A DNA stretch of 64,000 nucleotides from Octopus vulgaris (taxonomy: Eukaryota). Numbering within the stretch: the stretch's first letter is position 1; the number at the start of each line of letters is the position of its first letter. The notes beneath the pieces were generated by a model. The model was not told where the DNA came from. It did not search any database and worked only from the letters and a program-made list of their open reading frames with translations. The DNA is taken from NCBI GenBank assembly GCA_951406725.2, contig OX597818.1:7192001-7256000 (forward strand), in the 5' to 3' direction. Shown in pieces: positions 59,225-64,000 of the stretch. The translations under genes and the position numbers were made by a program.

Positions 59225-59685
59225 ATATAGTGATTTCACCTTCTTTTCTAAATGGGTAATGCAGATTAGAGTTAAGGTCTAATGTAATATCCAGGAAATT
59301 AGTGCCAGGTTCATAAGTTATGTTAAGGTTAAAATCTTTAAAGAACTTGTTAATTTTCTTTCTAATCCGTTCAATGCTAGATTTATTATTACTAGGAATA
59401 ACAAACAGAGCATCATCCCTATATATAGACCACTTTGTAATTCCGGGATTTCCCTTTTTATGCACTTTAATAGATATGCACCTACTAAGTTAGTTATCTC
59501 AGCCGAATCACGAGAACCCAAGAAAGTTAGAGGTTGTGAATCCAATCAACTAAGGGATAATATATATCCAATATGCTGCTGGGAGAATACCCTATTATTA
59601 ATACACAAGTGATTTTTCATTGCATGGTAATTACACTACTGAATGTAATAAATGATTGGGGGTAAAAAGTTGTTTTACCCTTAAT

Positions 59686-60063
59686 TTATACGGTAATAAA
59701 AAATAGAGGGGATGAAGAGGTGGTATTCATCAACTTTTAGACATTATATTTATATCTATTATTTATTTTTGGAAAAAAAAAGCCAATTCTAACAATATAC
59801 ATACATGTATAACATATTATACTTTACATATATAAAAATACCAATAATTATTAAAATATATAACGTAGAACATAGTAGAATAGTTTCTAGGTTCTACGTT
59901 ATATATTTTAATAATTACTGGAATTTTATATATTTAATGCATATGTTATACACGTATGTATATTGTTATAATTGTTTTTTTAAATAAATAGATATAAATT
60001 TAATGTCTAAAAGTTGATGAATACCACCTCTTCATATCCACTCTATTTTCTTATTGCCGTATA
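59686..60063. repeat. Imperfect ~380-bp palindrome
   Basis: Outer arms TGAAGAGGTGGTATTCATCAACTTTTAGACATTA and reverse complement; inner arms TAATTATTAAAATATATAACGTAGAAC and reverse complement around 59875. Confidence 0.85.
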
Positions 60064-60149
60064 CATACATACATATATATATATATGTATGTTTTGATAT
60101 ATGTATGTATATATATATATATATATTTTTATATATATATACATATATA

Positions 60150-60198
<49 letters not shown>

Positions 60199-62659
60199 GT
60201 ATATATTACCCATCTAACGAATACCTTCAGAATCATACAATATAGTCATTTTGCAAATATACACTGTCATATATTCGCAGTAAATTCAAATGATTGTTCT
60301 TGTGTGCCTGAGTGTGCATCTGTCTTGCTTTCCCCTTTGTGTATGATTTCATTAAACTTACAATGCCTGGATGTGTGTGTTAGAATATTAGCAATGCCGT
60401 CAGTCGATGGTAGCAAGTAAATTGATTTTATTGGCCGATGTCAATTATACCGTGCGAACCTAACACCCTGTGCGCACTGAGGCTAACACTATATTGAGAG
60501 GAGAGCTTAAAGCAATAATCGATAATTTTCTTGTACGGTTGTCTTGATCCGAACAAGACAAATGTGTAGTCAACATGACAAAGGTTAAGAAATTGAGTGG
60601 ACATGACTTGTAAAGGTCAGCTAGAGAGCATAAGAAGAAAGTTTGTTTAGTTTTACAGATTAAAATATTAAGTAATATGTGCAGCTTCTCCGCAGGAGCT
60701 GAATATTTTAGTGGTCACCACTATTTATTAGCCACAGAGACAGTCACCAACGAAGACACACGTATCTCTCTCTCTCTCTCTCTCTCCTCACTCGATTTTA
60801 CTCTTACTTTCTTTCCCTCACATCGTGTGAGCAAACATACTTACAATGTAACAATGTAATATTTATTAATGTACTAAAGTTACCTTCTATTTCATTTCCA
60901 TACCTCTCTTTCCTCTCTCCCTCACTCTATTTAAGTATCATAAGTGTCATAAAGAGAGACAGAGTGACAGAGAGACAGAATGAGAGAGAGAGAGAGAGGA
61001 TAAAGAGATGTACGAGAAGTAGATCATATACATATGAATAAGTATGCATTTATACAGAAAAAGTATGTTTCCTGTAAAGCGGTAAGTTACAAGTTGCAAT
61101 AAATAAAGAAGAAAATGAAGTTTCGATTGATACTATGTGTATGCATGTCTAACTGTGAGTGTGCGTATGTGTGTATTTCTACACTCTGGTACACATATAC
61201 ATACAAAATGTATGTGTATATATATGTGTATGTGTGTGTGTATGTACGTGTGTGTGTGCATACATAGTAGCATGTGTGCGTATGTGCATGTATACATATG
61301 TCTGTGCATCCGTGGGTGTGCGTGTGTGTATGTTTATGAATGGTTAGTATATATGTACATATATAAACACCCTCAAAAACAAACGAATGTCTACCCGAAC
61401 ATTTGAACTGCTTTGGAAGTAAAGCGTTATCTTTAATGAAAGCAGAGTTTTTTTTCAGTCAAAGGTTCCTCTTCAAAGAAAATTGGTACGTACACAAGTG
61501 AATGAGACTCTCTAGTCTTTGTGTCTACGGCCCAGGGCAATGTGTTTTAGTTTATTTTTGCCTGCAGCGGAAAAGCACTAGCATGTAACAAATTCTCGTC
61601 AGTCAGAAAGTAGACAAATTCATTTCAAGTTTCGTCTGCCTTCAAAATATAGCAATCGATTTAACAGAATTTAAAACAGAGAAGGAAATTCTCTAAAAAA
61701 ATAATGGAATATCTCCACAAATATGTTTGACTTTAATCTCTGATACTCTGCGTTGATTCTTAAATAGCCATAAATGTGTACATTCTGAAATCTACATTAC
61801 TCACGATGGTTCATTATATTAGTAATATATGACGAAGCGATTTCCTAGCGTTTTACCCAAACGTATACGAAATCTCTCATCCACCAAAGATGTTAGGAGG
61901 ATTCTTGAAAAGTTATTGTCATTTGTTGTCTTTTCGCATTCTGGCACAAAATCATTTACAATTTCATCTAAGTATTCCCGGTTCAGTCAAAATTTAAGTA
62001 AAGATTAATCACGGTGGAACAATGCACAAGCAAATCAAAGAATGTAGTCTTCGGTGATACGATCGTGCTGATAATAATGAAGTCTTTACTGTTGCAAATT
62101 GTGAAGTTGAGCACAGATCCGACAGATTCTCAAAATATTTGATAAAGGAATAAAAGAAATCTCCATTTACGTGAGATATTCGGTTCAATTTCACTTTTTG
62201 ATGGGGAAAGGGGTTATTTGGCAGCTTGTGGGAACGGAAATGGAGGAGACTGAGCTTGTGGAAGGAACTGTTTACACAGTATGACATTATTATTGTTAGG
62301 ATGGTTGCAGCTGTAGGTGAGGTTATGGCGGTGATGGTGGTGGTATTGGTGGTATTGATGGTAATAGAGCACAGGATTGGATTTAGACATGCTTCTGGCA
62401 AGATATTTTCATTACTATTAGCAGTGTTTGCTTTCTGTATATGATTAATGATGTTACAGTCTAAGTTGCTGTGAACAGCACGATTTGTAGTAATGGTATA
62501 CTGCTGGTGGAGGTGATAACAGCAATATGACAAGAAATTGCAAAGTATTGTTGTCGTTATTGTTGCTGTTGTTGTTGTTATTATTATTGTTATTATTATT
62601 ATTGTTATTATTGTTGTTGTTGTTGTGGTTGTTGTTGTTGTTGTTATTATTATTATTTA

Positions 62660-62820
62660 GGCAGCGAGCTGGCAGAATCGTTAGCACGTCTGGCTTTTAC
62701 GTTCTCAGTTCAAATTCCGCCGAGGTCGACACTTCCAATCATCCTTTCGAGGGTGATCAAATAAGTATCAGTTGAATACTGGGGTCAATCTAATCGACGT
62801 ACCCTTTACTCTGAAATTAT
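62660..62820 (+). mobile_element. SINE copy (family of 20680-20885) with internal deletion
   Basis: GGCAGCGAGCTGGCAGAATCGTTAGCACG..TTCAAATTCCGCCGAGGTCGAC..ATAAGTATCAGTTGAATACTGGGGTC. Confidence 0.75.
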
Positions 62821-62843
62821 TGTTTTTGCTGTTGTTGTTATTA

Positions 62844-62907
<64 letters not shown>

Positions 62908-63147
62908 GGTCTGTGAAATCGTGCATGTTGGACCTCCGTAATTTGTAAGTGTTTAATCAAACATTTCAGCTGGTTGCAGCCCATTTATTCAAACTTTTAT
63001 TTAACAAGTATTTTGCTTACGTTGTCTGGATCACGGTGGTAACATTTTGTGTTATTACAGCCCCCTTTTGGGGGTTGTAATAACTATTTTGCTCTTTCGC
63101 ATTTTTTGTGAAGACAGGATTTTATTCATTTTTCCCATTTTAAAAAA

Positions 63148-63885
63148 TGTCGGATGACGGAAAAATAATAATAATCGACCAAGAGCAGCATTCTGTTAAC
63201 TCCGACGAAGAGCAACATACAGTTATAACTCCCGATAAATATAATTTCCTCTTGTTGCTATGACATCAGTAACAAGTGCAAAAGTACCAGCAGCAACGAT
63301 AATGATGTGAACGGCAACAGCACCAACACCACCATCACCTAATCACTCCCCCATCTCCACAAACAGCGGAAACAACAACATTAGCAACAACTGTATCAAC
63401 AAAAACATCAGCAACAAGATGAACAAGATCGAAAAGAAAAAGTGTCACGAACAACAAAACTGAAAACAACAACAACGACAACGACACCACCACCACCACC
63501 ACCACCACCAAGAACAACAACAGCAGCAGCATCAATAGTAACACAACGACCTCAACAAAGCTACTGCTGTTAGCAAGTCGACTATATTTCCAGTAGATTT
63601 TATAAATAAGGCACTGAAATACAAGGGTGACGTTATGAAATCAGGTGTTATGCACCTTAGTGAGGAAGTGGAAGAAAACTCAAAAAGACGAACAATTGTT
63701 TGTAAATGTATTTCTCGTAAGGAGAGGAAACTTAAATTCCCTACTCCAGCAGAGACTGAAAAATGCCTCAAAGATACTACACATACAGAAAGGTAAACAA
63801 TATGCGATGGTAACTGCTTTAGGTAACAGTGAGCAAGAAGCCAGAAGAATGGCTACTGTTACTTGCATGTACCAGGCTTATATTC
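63148..63885 (+). mobile_element. Possible L1/Tx1-like ORF1 5' relic
   Basis: ATG at ~63148, (CAA)-rich low-complexity stretch, then EEVEENSKRRTIVCKC, resembling ATESVERRTVLFRC at ~29830. Confidence 0.4.
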
Positions 63886-64000
63886 TATAAAGTACCAGTT
63901 ACACACTGGGGTCGACGTAATCGACTTAAACCCTTTGTCTGTCCTTTATGTTTAGCCCCTTGTGTGCAATAAAGAGATATATTACATGGGTAAAAGGTTG

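Larger units (their letters stand above)
56277..59545 (-). mobile_element. 5'-truncated Naiad-like Penelope element (RT C-terminus, Asn-rich linkers, GIY-YIG, ~1-kb 3' UTR)
   Basis: GSRDSAEITNLVG, YRDDAL, NFLDITLDL, YVNKLSNHPPNI, IIWFNVPF, CNCKIKSKCPASGQC..VIYKCTI..FYLGCT..FKQRISNH..TTLSSKIWELK..CQLC..CIH; 3' end abuts (TA)n. Confidence 0.92.

Overview
AT-rich eukaryotic (animal) genomic DNA saturated with microsatellites ((TA)n, (CA)n, (TATC)n, (TAA)n, (GAA)n). The SINE families and a GC-rich 28S rRNA piece with long expansion segments point to a cephalopod, probably Octopus (inference). I recognise no host protein-coding gene, and most ORFs in the supplied track are translated microsatellites. 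The window is a graveyard of mobile elements. It holds at least five Penelope-like elements (PLEs; Naiad-, Neptune- and tentatively Nematis-like), several with minimal type-I hammerhead ribozymes. It also holds three R4/Dong-type RLE LINE copies (two at (TAA)n), a CR1-like 3' fragment, L1/Tx1-like relics, Tc1/mariner and Tigger relics, and many tRNA-derived SINEs. The most striking structure is at 54311-56232: the 3'-terminal ~630 nt of 28S rRNA, capped by an iterated snap-back hairpin, lies between two almost identical ~560-bp direct repeats of PLE-end-like sequence, next to a hammerhead-bearing Naiad element. A second theme is a series of long fold-back palindromes in or beside (TA)n tracts. 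Family and clade names come from remembered motifs, not database searches. Coordinates were counted by hand and may be off by a few bases.
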